64,000 nt of DNA from Alphaproteobacteria bacterium (GTDB lineage: Bacteria > Pseudomonadota > Alphaproteobacteria > SMXQ01), in assembly GCA_030831315.1 (NCBI GenBank), contig JAURLI010000052.1, positions 25,905-89,904 of the forward strand, in the 5' to 3' direction. The notes beneath the pieces were generated by a model. That model saw nothing but the letters and a program-made list of their open reading frames with translations. It made no database searches and was not told the origin of the DNA. Both the position numbers and the translations under genes were made by a program. This document shows positions 9,382 to 17,733 of the stretch, piece after piece; the first letter of the stretch is position 1, and each line of letters opens with the position of its first letter.

Positions 9382-10692
9382 TCAGCCCTTGCAGTCGACT
9401 ACCGTGGCTTCCTTGGAACCAGGCGGCAGGCTGATCGCGCAGGTCATGCCTTCCTTGAACGCCGAACGCTTGGCGTTCTTGCCGCCCACCTTGATCTTCG
9501 TGCGCGAGCCGGAAATCTTGGCCGACACCTTCTTACCACCAGCATCGACGGTGATCTTGCGGCCGCCCTTTTCGATCTTGGTGATCTTGCCGGTATGCTT
9601 CGGGATCTCGACCTTCGCGGTCTTGACCGGGCCGTGCCACTGGCTCACGTACTCGAGCTTCTTCAGGACGTCCTTCGGAGCCGAAGCCATCTTTTCGACG
9701 ATGTCCTGAATTTCATCGCCGGTGACGAGGCTGAGATCGCGGCCCTGCTTATTGGCCTCTTCGACGAACTTCTTGTCCTCGGTCGTCTTGTTGAAGGCGT
9801 TACGCAAAACCTTGACCTTGTCGGCCGGCACCTTGGGGCCGAGCGCGAAGGGACGGCCCATCGTCTTGGTCGCCATTAGCAGGCGGAACAGGGTGCGAAC
9901 CTGATCCTTCGTGTAGCCGGGCTGTAGACGGTTCTCATCGACGAGATCCATCAGCAGCGGCACGCCCTTGGCCTTGAGCTCAGGCAGCGGCTTCAGCGAC
10001 AGCTGGGCCAGCAGCACCATTTCGCCCTTCGCATAAAGGTTTGACTGGTGTGCAAAGGACGCCCAGGACTGGCTGATGCCGTCGACCTCGCCGCGCTCCA
10101 TCGCGAGATGGGTCGGCGGCGTGGACGGATACCCCTTGATCAGGCGAATCTTCGCGGCCAGCGTGTTGGCGATCAGGGCGGGGTAGAATTCCGTGTCGTT
10201 CGGGCCGGTGGAGCCGAACAGCACTTCCTTCCCGTACATGTCCTCGAACTTCTTGATGCCGGCGCGCTTAGACACCGCGATGATACCGACTTCGTTGTTG
10301 AAGCTGCCAAGCCAGTTGAGTTTGGTCGCCTCAAATTTCGGGCCCTTCTGGCCCATGATCTGGACGATCGGCGCATTGCGCTGCAGCGAGGCGATCACCG
10401 TGCCGTCCTGGGGGGCGACGTTATAGACGTAGTTGGCGGCGATGATCGAGCCGGCGCCGTCCATGTTCTTGACGATGAAATTGGGGTTACTGGGGATATG
10501 GCGCCCCATGTGGCGGCCCATCATGCGGGCATAGGTGTCGTATCCGCCGCCGGGGCCAGAGCCGACATAAACTACGATGTCCTTGCCTTTGTAGAAGTCA
10601 GAAATCGCATCAGCATGGGCAGACAAAGCAAAAACAGATGTCATCGCAAGAACTGCGACAGAATAGTTGCGGAATTTCCGAACAATTTTCAT
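9382..10692 (-). CDS. Bug/TctC-family substrate-binding protein with C-terminal two-Cys extension (paralog 2, tandem to paralog 1)
   Basis: Same core and extension architecture as 7899..9206 (GKITKIEKGGRKITVDAGGKKV...SGSRTKIKVGGK...KEGMTCAISL...VDCKG). Confidence 0.85.
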   Translation of the reverse strand: MKIVRKFRNYSVAVLAMTSVFALSAHADAISDFYKGKDIVVYVGSGPGGGYDTYARMMGRHMGRHIPSNPNFIVKNMDGAGSIIAANYVYNVAPQDGTVIASLQRNAPIVQIMGQKGPKFEATKLNWLGSFNNEVGIIAVSKRAGIKKFEDMYGKEVLFGSTGPNDTEFYPALIANTLAAKIRLIKGYPSTPPTHLAMERGEVDGISQSWASFAHQSNLYAKGEMVLLAQLSLKPLPELKAKGVPLLMDLVDENRLQPGYTKDQVRTLFRLLMATKTMGRPFALGPKVPADKVKVLRNAFNKTTEDKKFVEEANKQGRDLSLVTGDEIQDIVEKMASAPKDVLKKLEYVSQWHGPVKTAKVEIPKHTGKITKIEKGGRKITVDAGGKKVSAKISGSRTKIKVGGKNAKRSAFKEGMTCAISLPPGSKEATVVDCKG

Positions 10693-10936
10693 TGTGAATT
10701 ACTCCCAGATGTTTTGCGTTCGGGGCGTTTCTGATTGTTGTTATTTCTTAAAAGGATAGCGATATTCTGACCATGATCAACCCCGCGCGATAAATTTGTC
10801 ATAATCTATTCAAATTATTGAGGACAAAGCGAGATTTCCGCTGTTTTGATTGATCCCATTGCGTCTTGATGCTCCGGGCTGCTCCGGTTAACAAGGAATC
10901 GAACGGTCTTTAATTGCCTGTGGCGGGGCCAGGGAA
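10693..10936. promoter_or_regulatory. AT-rich divergent intergenic region (promoters for 9382..10692 and 10937..12328)
   Basis: ~244 bp markedly AT-rich relative to ~65% GC surroundings; contains TTGACA-like and TATAAT-like hexamers. Confidence 0.5.
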
Positions 10937-12328
10937 ATGGTGAAACAGGTCAAATCGGGGTCCAAAAGTACAGCCGGGCTTCCGGAGGAAATCGGCAGAA
11001 AGAGGGCCGAAGCGGTGTCTCGCACGGTGATCGGGCGCAAGCGGCGCAAGACCGTGCAGCGGGAGGATGTTTTCCGCATATCCGCGCTCGGCCTCGACTG
11101 GGATATCGGCGTCATGACCTATAGCCCGGCCGGTGCGGTTACCCGCGGCGCCGATGGCCGCAAGGCCGGCTTCTTCCTGCTGCACGGTGGCAACGGCGAT
11201 TTCAAGTCGGTCGAGCCGCTGGCGCTGCTGCTCAGCCAGCGCTTCGGCTACAAGGTCGTATCGATGACCTTCCCCGGCCGGCTTTATCTGCCCGACCCGT
11301 CGCGGGACTGGCCCGGCGACACGATAGAATCCGACGGTGCCGCACGGATGCCGATCTGGAAGAAGGGCGAGGTCATCACCCGCGACCAGTACGATCTGGT
11401 TCACGACGACAAGCTGCGTGCGCGCTATGGCATCCGTACCTTTGCACGCGCCCGTCCGAGAACCTTGTTCCATGAGCGCATGGCGGCCTGGCCTGTCGCC
11501 TTCGAGGACGGAATGCTCGAAGCGTGCCGAAGGCATTTTCCCGCCGACGAGTTCTCGGTCTATCTGCACGGCCATTCGACGGGCGGCGCCTTTACGGCGA
11601 TCCTGAGCCAGCGACTCGAGAACTGCGCGGGCCAGACCGAAGTGGAAACCGCGCCCATCGGCGTCATTAACCGGGCCAAGCACGCATGGTCAGGTTCGAT
11701 GGGCAAGATCAAGGGTTACGCCAAGGCCGGGCCGAAGGAACCCGACGACGTCCTTCACGATCCATTCACTGATCTTTATCTGCGCACCTGGCGTGATCGG
11801 GCACGCTATTCGGGGCCCGAGGCGCTGGGACGGGAGGGAGCGGCGGCGCTGATGCGTCTGCCCTGGCTGATGGAAGAAATCCTAGACGGCTGGCAGGAAG
11901 AACGTCTGCGCCCGCAGTTCAAGGCGGAATTCCCCGTGACCCATAACGTCGAGGGGACGCTGGCAAAGGCCGCCCGCGTGGCGGCGCGCAGGCTCGGTCT
12001 GGGCCGGAAGGAAACGCGGGCACTGGTGGAACGCTACCTTGATTACGGGCGCTATCGCACAGGGAAGAACGCGCGTCCGGTGCCGCCCGTCTATTTCGTC
12101 AATTCGCGGCTGAGCCGCGACAACTCGGAAGAAGCCTTTAGCGCCGTCGTCATTCCGATGCTGAAAGCCTTGCGTCCCGCGCCGCAGGTGCATCTGACCA
12201 TGGTCGATGCGGGCAGTCATATCTACATGGAGCCAGATGGCCCCGCGCTGCCCATGGGCATAGCGCCCGTAGCGGCGTATCTTTTCGATGAAGCGGTGCG
12301 CGGCGGTTTTTTCGCCCAAGCCGGGTAG
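10937..12328 (+). CDS. Hypothetical alpha/beta-hydrolase-fold protein (463 aa)
   Basis: LHGGNGDF oxyanion-like and LHGHSTGG nucleophile-elbow motifs; unusual N-terminal basic region; start codon uncertain. Confidence 0.55.
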   Translation: MVKQVKSGSKSTAGLPEEIGRKRAEAVSRTVIGRKRRKTVQREDVFRISALGLDWDIGVMTYSPAGAVTRGADGRKAGFFLLHGGNGDFKSVEPLALLLSQRFGYKVVSMTFPGRLYLPDPSRDWPGDTIESDGAARMPIWKKGEVITRDQYDLVHDDKLRARYGIRTFARARPRTLFHERMAAWPVAFEDGMLEACRRHFPADEFSVYLHGHSTGGAFTAILSQRLENCAGQTEVETAPIGVINRAKHAWSGSMGKIKGYAKAGPKEPDDVLHDPFTDLYLRTWRDRARYSGPEALGREGAAALMRLPWLMEEILDGWQEERLRPQFKAEFPVTHNVEGTLAKAARVAARRLGLGRKETRALVERYLDYGRYRTGKNARPVPPVYFVNSRLSRDNSEEAFSAVVIPMLKALRPAPQVHLTMVDAGSHIYMEPDGPALPMGIAPVAAYLFDEAVRGGFFAQAG

Positions 12329-12344
12329 AACTCAAGAGGCCTGA

Positions 12345-12900
12345 ATGGTCCTCCTTCAGCTTCTCGTCATCATCGTCCTGACACGCGCCTGCGGCGAGGG
12401 CGCGGTGCGCCTCGGCCATCCGTCGACGATCGGGGAAATCCTTGCCGGTGTTCTGCTTGCCGGCGCGGCGGCGGGCTTCGGCAGTAAAATTCCGTTCCTC
12501 GTCGCGCTTCTCGAAGGCGAGGTATTCCACCACGCGGCGACGGTGGGAATTTTCTTCCTCATGCTGCTCGCGGGCATCGAACTGAAGCCGCGTGAAATTT
12601 TTTCGCGTTCGCTGTCTTCCCCGTTCGTTGCCCTTGGCGGCGTGCTCGTGCCCCTCGGTGGTGCAGGGCAAGGAATATCCGTGGAAGGCCGGCGACTTCA
12701 TGTTCTCGGCGCCGGGCTGGGCCATTCATGCCCACACCGCGGACAAGGGGCCGGTCTACGAGCTGACCATCCAGGACATGCCCTTCTCCACTAATACCGA
12801 CTGCCTGCTCTGGCAGGAAGACATGAAGGGTCCGATTTCGCTGCTTGGCTCACACGCGGGCTTCCAGACCAACCGCGACAAGCTTGCGAAGGCGAGTTGA
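12345..12900 (+). pseudogene. Mosaic remnant: CPA2 (Kef/NhaP-type) antiporter N-terminus joined out of frame to the C-terminal cupin of a gentisate-dioxygenase-like protein
   Basis: Frame 12345 MVLLQLLVIIVLTRACGEGAVRLGHPSTIGEILAGVLL is a typical Kef N-terminus, degenerating after ~95 aa; frame 12592 KEYPWKAGDFMFSAPGWAIHAHTADKGPVYELTIQDMPF is a cupin C-terminal block; switch near 12650-12665. Confidence 0.6.
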
Positions 12901-12979
12901 CGGCCTGAGAGATCAGACCGCCGGGGGAACGGGAGCGTCTATAGGTCTCTGCCGGTTTCCGTTCCCCCACATACCCCTG

Positions 12980-13015
12980 CCGGGTCCGTCCCCTCGGACC
13001 CGGCTTCTTTTTTTC
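12980..13015 (+). terminator. Rho-independent terminator (shared region with convergent peroxiredoxin gene)
   Basis: CCGGGTCCG-loop-CGGACCCGG followed by CTTCTTTTTTT. Confidence 0.6.
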
Positions 13016-13526
13016 AGACTTCCCCGCGGGCCGGTTCGCCGGTTTCGGTCATGCGCGCGATGGTGTCGATGATGTCGTCGGGGTAGGGGCGCATGCGTTG
13101 CATGGAATTGATGACGACGAACTGCACGGTGCCGTCGGCGCGGATGAGAAAACAAGCCGGCTCGCTGAACAGCGGCGCCTCGTCGGGGCGGATCGGCGTT
13201 GACAGAAACAGGTCCCAGTCCCGTGCGGTTGCGGTGTCCATGCCGTAGGCAACCGCGACGCGCTTCAACTCCCACTCCTTCTTCGTACGTTCCGCCGCCT
13301 CACGGTCATCCATGCTGATGGCGACGATCCCCGTGCCGAGCGCGTCGAGCTTGTCCATCTTCTGGTCAAGATCGCGCAGTTGGCCCCGGCAGCGCTGGCA
13401 GAAATGCCCACGGTAGAACATCAGGAGAGTGAACTTTTCCGCCTTGTGCGCATGCAGCTCAAAGCGACCGCCGCCCGCGAGCGGGAGATCGAGCGCAGGG
13501 GCCTTCTGGCGGGGCATTACGGTCAT
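13014..13526 (-). CDS. Peroxiredoxin (AhpC/TSA / redoxin family)
   Basis: Thioredoxin-fold motifs FTLLMFYRGHFCQRC and ACFLIRADGTVQF; start taken at internal ATG (MTVMPRQ). Confidence 0.7.
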   Translation of the reverse strand: MTVMPRQKAPALDLPLAGGGRFELHAHKAEKFTLLMFYRGHFCQRCRGQLRDLDQKMDKLDALGTGIVAISMDDREAAERTKKEWELKRVAVAYGMDTATARDWDLFLSTPIRPDEAPLFSEPACFLIRADGTVQFVVINSMQRMRPYPDDIIDTIARMTETGEPARGEV

Positions 13527-13689
13527 GGTCGTGGTCCCTTGGATGTTCGTGGGCGGCACAAAAGGCGCAGATGCGACGCCTCTGGAATGGTTGGCACCAA
13601 GCCCCCATTTTGTAACAATGACCGAATATAACGTGGAGCGGCACCGCCGACCACAGGAGCGCCGCCCGATACGTCAGGAGGCAGCAGAC

Positions 13690-13899
13690 ATGAGCTTGCA
13701 AACCAACAACAGCAGCCAGGTTGCAATCCGCACCCGCATGAAGGATGCCCTCGCCAGGGTTCTGGAGAAGGCCAAACCACGCGACCGTTTCGTCCATCGT
13801 CCGCGCCTTGATGTGGCCAAGCCCGCGCCGAGCGGTGCGGCGGCAGATACGCGCGAGCTTGTGTCCTTCGCCATCAACACCCTTGGACCCGCGTCCTAA
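13690..13899 (+). CDS. Small hypothetical protein (69 aa)
   Basis: AGGAGG 9 nt upstream of ATG; same frame stays open after the TAA stop to 14057. Confidence 0.3.
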   Translation: MSLQTNNSSQVAIRTRMKDALARVLEKAKPRDRFVHRPRLDVAKPAPSGAAADTRELVSFAINTLGPAS

Positions 13900-14041
13900 C
13901 GTGCGGCGGTGCTTGGTACGCCGGTTACCGTCAGCGTCGAGGACGAGGCGACAGCCGAAGTGCTGCGCGAGGCGATCGAACTGTCGTGCAGGGAACGTCC
14001 GGCCAATCGCCTTATCGAGATAAAGGTGAAAGGGGCGGGCG

Positions 14042-14842
14042 TCAGAACACCCGGTTGATGCCTTTCCACAGCAGGATGAGCGCGCCCACCATCAGCACGA
14101 TCTGGAAGGCGTTGTAGAACCGCTTCGCGTCGGCGCGGTGAAAGAACCGGATGCCGGCCCACGCACCCGCGAGCGAGAGCGGTAGCAGAAACAGGGATTC
14201 CACAACGAGCCGCCACGACACCAGGCCGATAGCGATGGATACCACCAGTCGCCAGAACAGGATGATCGCGCCGATCAGGATCGAGGTTCCGCGAAACAGC
14301 GTCGGCGTCGGGCAGGCGAGCTTCAGGTAAACCGACAGCAGGTACATGCCGCCGCCGCCCGCGACGCCTGCGATCAGACCGCTGACCGACGACAGGCCGA
14401 GCGCCACGTCGAAGCGGGTCAGGTCGACCCGCTGCGCCAGCCGGTCGAGCATTTTGTAGCGGTCCATCATCGCGATGCCCAGCATCGCAACGCCAAGGAA
14501 GATGGTGAGCCAGCCCGGCTCAAGCTTTTCGAAGATGAACGTGCCGACGGTGATGGCGACCATGCTGGACAGCAGCAGCGGTTTCACCAGTTTCCAGTCG
14601 CCGTGCTTCAGGCCGAAGGGCGCGATCTGCGCCTGCGCCCAGGTGCCGGTCGCCAGCGCCAGCATGACCGCGTGATGGGGTTCGAGGATGATCGAGGAAA
14701 AAACGATGGTCGGTGCCACCGCGCCGAAGCCGAGCGCCCCGCGCACGCTGGCCAGAATGCCGTAGATCGCCATCAGGGCGACGATCTGGAAAGCGCTCAG
14801 GGCGTGGAACGGAGCGAGGTCCGGCGGGAAGAGTTCGGCCAT
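14042..14842 (-). CDS. TauE/SafE family sulfite exporter (DUF81 membrane protein)
   Basis: Multi-pass membrane protein with two repeated halves; start trimmed to MAELFPPDLAPF (ATG 14842) from 366-aa ORF. Confidence 0.7.
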   Translation of the reverse strand: MAELFPPDLAPFHALSAFQIVALMAIYGILASVRGALGFGAVAPTIVFSSIILEPHHAVMLALATGTWAQAQIAPFGLKHGDWKLVKPLLLSSMVAITVGTFIFEKLEPGWLTIFLGVAMLGIAMMDRYKMLDRLAQRVDLTRFDVALGLSSVSGLIAGVAGGGGMYLLSVYLKLACPTPTLFRGTSILIGAIILFWRLVVSIAIGLVSWRLVVESLFLLPLSLAGAWAGIRFFHRADAKRFYNAFQIVLMVGALILLWKGINRVF

Positions 14843-15062
14843 CAGGGTTCGATCGGGAAAGGGGACCTGAAACCAGGCGGGAGTCAGGTGATAAACCTTC
14901 CCCCGGTCCCGGTCAGTAATAATTCTCCTTCGCGGGGGAAAACCCCGAAACCGCAGGGTTTCCGGGCCCGGTTGCGGGGGCCGGGGTTTTGCACTAGAAC
15001 GGGCACGGAAATGGTATGTTGCCGGTTGGCACGTATGTAAAAGGGCAGGAAAGGCTTCGAAA

Positions 15063-15941
15063 ATGGCGTCTGCAAATCCCTCTCTCCATCTCGCGAACGA
15101 TTCCATCCCGGCCCCCGCGGGCGTCCGGGTCAAGGCGATCAAGCCGGCGGTCGGCTCCTACATTTCCGGCTATCGCTTCGACGGCAACACGGTGTCCGAT
15201 GACTTCCGTGCTTCCATGCGCGAATTGCTGCATACGCGCGGCCTCGTCGTCTTCGAGCCGGGCACCGTCACGGCCGAAAATTTCACCAGGTTCGCGGGCT
15301 TCCTCGGCGAGTTCTTCAACTACGCGGGTCCGCACACGCCGCGCGCGCCTGAAAACCCCGACGCGACCATGATCAGCGCCTCCAAGGACGCCCATCTTCG
15401 CAATCACGTCTGGCATGCCGACGGCGGTTTCCGCGCCGATGCGCCGGCGTTTACCGCTCTGTTCGGCAAGCAGATCCCCGATTCGGGCGGCGACACGATG
15501 TTTGCGAACGCGGCCCATGTCTACGACATGCTCGATCCGCTGTTTGCGCAGTATCTCGAAACCCTCAAGGTGGTTCAGTCGCCCGACGCCACCGGCCACA
15601 TCACCGACCGCTATCTCGATCCCGAGGAAGCGGCCCAGGCGCGTCTGCGCATGCCGCCGTTCGAAATGCCGCTGATCCGCGTGCACCCGGTGTCGGGCCG
15701 CAAGTGGGTGGCGATCAACGAATCCTACGTCTGCTACATCAAGGGCGTCGGCCGCATCCACAGCCAGAACATCCTCGGCATCCTGTTCGACATGATCAAG
15801 TCGCCCGAAGCGACCTGCCGCGTCGAATGGGAGCAGGGTGCGCTTGCCGTATGGGACAACCGGGTCGTGCAGCATCGCGCGATCAAGGACTACACCAGCA
15901 ACGCCACGCGCATCCTCTACCGCTGCACAATGACGGCGTGA
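15063..15941 (+). CDS. TauD/TfdA-family Fe(II)/2-oxoglutarate dioxygenase
   Basis: WHADGG (HxD) facial-triad block and C-terminal VWDNRVVQHRA block. Confidence 0.8.
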   Translation: MASANPSLHLANDSIPAPAGVRVKAIKPAVGSYISGYRFDGNTVSDDFRASMRELLHTRGLVVFEPGTVTAENFTRFAGFLGEFFNYAGPHTPRAPENPDATMISASKDAHLRNHVWHADGGFRADAPAFTALFGKQIPDSGGDTMFANAAHVYDMLDPLFAQYLETLKVVQSPDATGHITDRYLDPEEAAQARLRMPPFEMPLIRVHPVSGRKWVAINESYVCYIKGVGRIHSQNILGILFDMIKSPEATCRVEWEQGALAVWDNRVVQHRAIKDYTSNATRILYRCTMTA

Positions 15942-15948
15942 GGCGGGC

Positions 15949-16788
15949 ATGAGTGATTCCCGCGCAAGCGTCCTCATTTCCGTGGGCGACCTGGCGGCTC
16001 GCATTGCCGCCAAGGGCAGCCTTGTTCTTCTCGATGTCAGCGACGACCTCGACACGGCGCCGCTCGAACGCCCGGTGATTCCGGGCGCGATCGCGGTGTC
16101 GCTCGCCTCCGACCTGTCCGGTGCGGCGACGAAGCTGGGCGGACGCCGCCCGCTGCCCGATCCGGCGGCATTGCAGGACAACGTACGACGCTGGGGCATC
16201 AGTGCCGATACCCTCGTCGTCGTCTATGACAATGCATCGGGCGCCCAGGCGGGCCGCGCGTGGTGGACCCTGCGTTGGGCCGGTCACGGCAACGTGCGCC
16301 TGCTCGACGGCGGTCTCGCCGCGTGGAAGGCAGCGGGCCAGCCGCTCGCCGATCAGCCCGTTCATGCCACGGGCAATGGCAGCTTCAAGGTATCGCCCGG
16401 CAGCATGCCGACGATCGAGGCCGACGACGCGGCCCGCATCGCGCGCGAAGGCGCGCTTTTGGACGCGCGCGGCAAGGCCGCCTACGAGGGCGAGGCCGAC
16501 AAGCCCGCGACCGGCCATATACCGGGTGCCGTCTGCGCACCTGCGGCGGGTGCAGTGGGCGCCAATGGCTTCTTCAAGTCGACCGAGGACCTGCGCGCAC
16601 ATTTTGCCGCCCTTGGTGCCGACGGCAAGCAGCCGGTGGGTGTCTATTGCGGCAGCGGCAATTCCGCCGCCCACGAACTCGCGGCCATGTATGCCGCCGG
16701 GATCGAGGCGCCGCTTTACGTCGGCTCGTGGTCGGCCTGGTCCGCCGATCCGGCGCGCCCCGTCGCCAAGGGTTCGGCGCGCGGCTAG
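15949..16788 (+). CDS. Two-domain rhodanese (thiosulfate/3-mercaptopyruvate sulfurtransferase family)
   Basis: Tandem rhodanese domains, active-site loop VYCGSGNSAA. Confidence 0.75.
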   Translation: MSDSRASVLISVGDLAARIAAKGSLVLLDVSDDLDTAPLERPVIPGAIAVSLASDLSGAATKLGGRRPLPDPAALQDNVRRWGISADTLVVVYDNASGAQAGRAWWTLRWAGHGNVRLLDGGLAAWKAAGQPLADQPVHATGNGSFKVSPGSMPTIEADDAARIAREGALLDARGKAAYEGEADKPATGHIPGAVCAPAAGAVGANGFFKSTEDLRAHFAALGADGKQPVGVYCGSGNSAAHELAAMYAAGIEAPLYVGSWSAWSADPARPVAKGSARG

Positions 16789-16836
16789 GCCCTTGCGGCT
16801 CAAGCGGATATAGTGGCCGCAATCAAGGGGGCCACG

Positions 16837-17733
16837 ATGTTCGAAGGGTTCGAGCAATCCGACATTGAAACGTCCGGTGCGGTGATCCGCACGCTTCGCG
16901 GCGGCGACGGCCCGCCGCTTTTGCTGCTGCACGGCAATCCGCTGACCCATGTGAGCTGGCACAAGGTCGCGCCGAAGTTGGCCGAAAATTTCACCGTAAT
17001 CGCCACCGACCTGCGCGGCTATGGCGATTCGTCGAAGCCCGACGGCGGCGACAACAGCGTCAATTATTCCTTCCGCACGATGGCCCGCGACCAGGTCGAG
17101 GTCATGTCCCATTTCGGCTTTGAACGTTTCTACGTCGCCGGTCACGACCGCGGGGCGCGGGTCGGCCACCGCATGGCGCTCGATTGCCCCGAAAAGGTCG
17201 TGCGGCTTGCGCTCCTCGACATCATGCCGACCTACCAGTTGCTGGCCGATATCCCGATGGGCTGGGCGGAAGAATCCTATCACTGGTTCTTCATGGCCCA
17301 GCCCTTCGACTTTCCCGAGCATTTCCTGTCGCTCGATCTCGACTATTACATCCGCAAGAAGCTGAACAAGAAGGGCGTCGGTCTCGGCCCCTTCACCGAT
17401 GAGGCGATGGCCGAGTACGTCCGTTGCTGCACGCCGGAAAACATCCATGCGGTGTGCGAAGATTACCGCGCCACCCTGCATGTGGATTTCCCCATGGATG
17501 AAGCCGATTTCAAGTCGGGCAAAAAAATCGACTGCCCGCTCCTGGTGCTGTGGGGAGAGAACTCCCACGTCGGCCGCCATTCGGACCCGCCGGCCGCATG
17601 GAACCAGTGGGTCGCCGATCCCGACGCGGTGACGTACCGTCCCATTCCCTCCGGCCATTACCCGGCCGAGCAGTGTCCGGACCTCGTTCTTGCGGCCTTC
17701 GATGGCTTCTTTCCCGCAGGCAGCCTTGCATGA
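16837..17733 (+). CDS. Alpha/beta hydrolase of haloacetate dehalogenase / epoxide hydrolase type
   Basis: LLLLHGNPLTHVSW and VAGHDRGARVGHRMA blocks; start ambiguous between GTG 16813 and ATG 16837. Confidence 0.7.
   Translation: MFEGFEQSDIETSGAVIRTLRGGDGPPLLLLHGNPLTHVSWHKVAPKLAENFTVIATDLRGYGDSSKPDGGDNSVNYSFRTMARDQVEVMSHFGFERFYVAGHDRGARVGHRMALDCPEKVVRLALLDIMPTYQLLADIPMGWAEESYHWFFMAQPFDFPEHFLSLDLDYYIRKKLNKKGVGLGPFTDEAMAEYVRCCTPENIHAVCEDYRATLHVDFPMDEADFKSGKKIDCPLLVLWGENSHVGRHSDPPAAWNQWVADPDAVTYRPIPSGHYPAEQCPDLVLAAFDGFFPAGSLA

Noticed and set aside
15001-15040. Direct repeat GTATGT ... GTATGT
   Set aside because: Two hexamer copies 14 nt apart. Too short to distinguish from chance.
15027-15041. 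TGGCAC sigma-54 -24-like element upstream of the TauD gene
   Set aside because: No TTGC(A/T) -12 element at the required spacing, so probably fortuitous.
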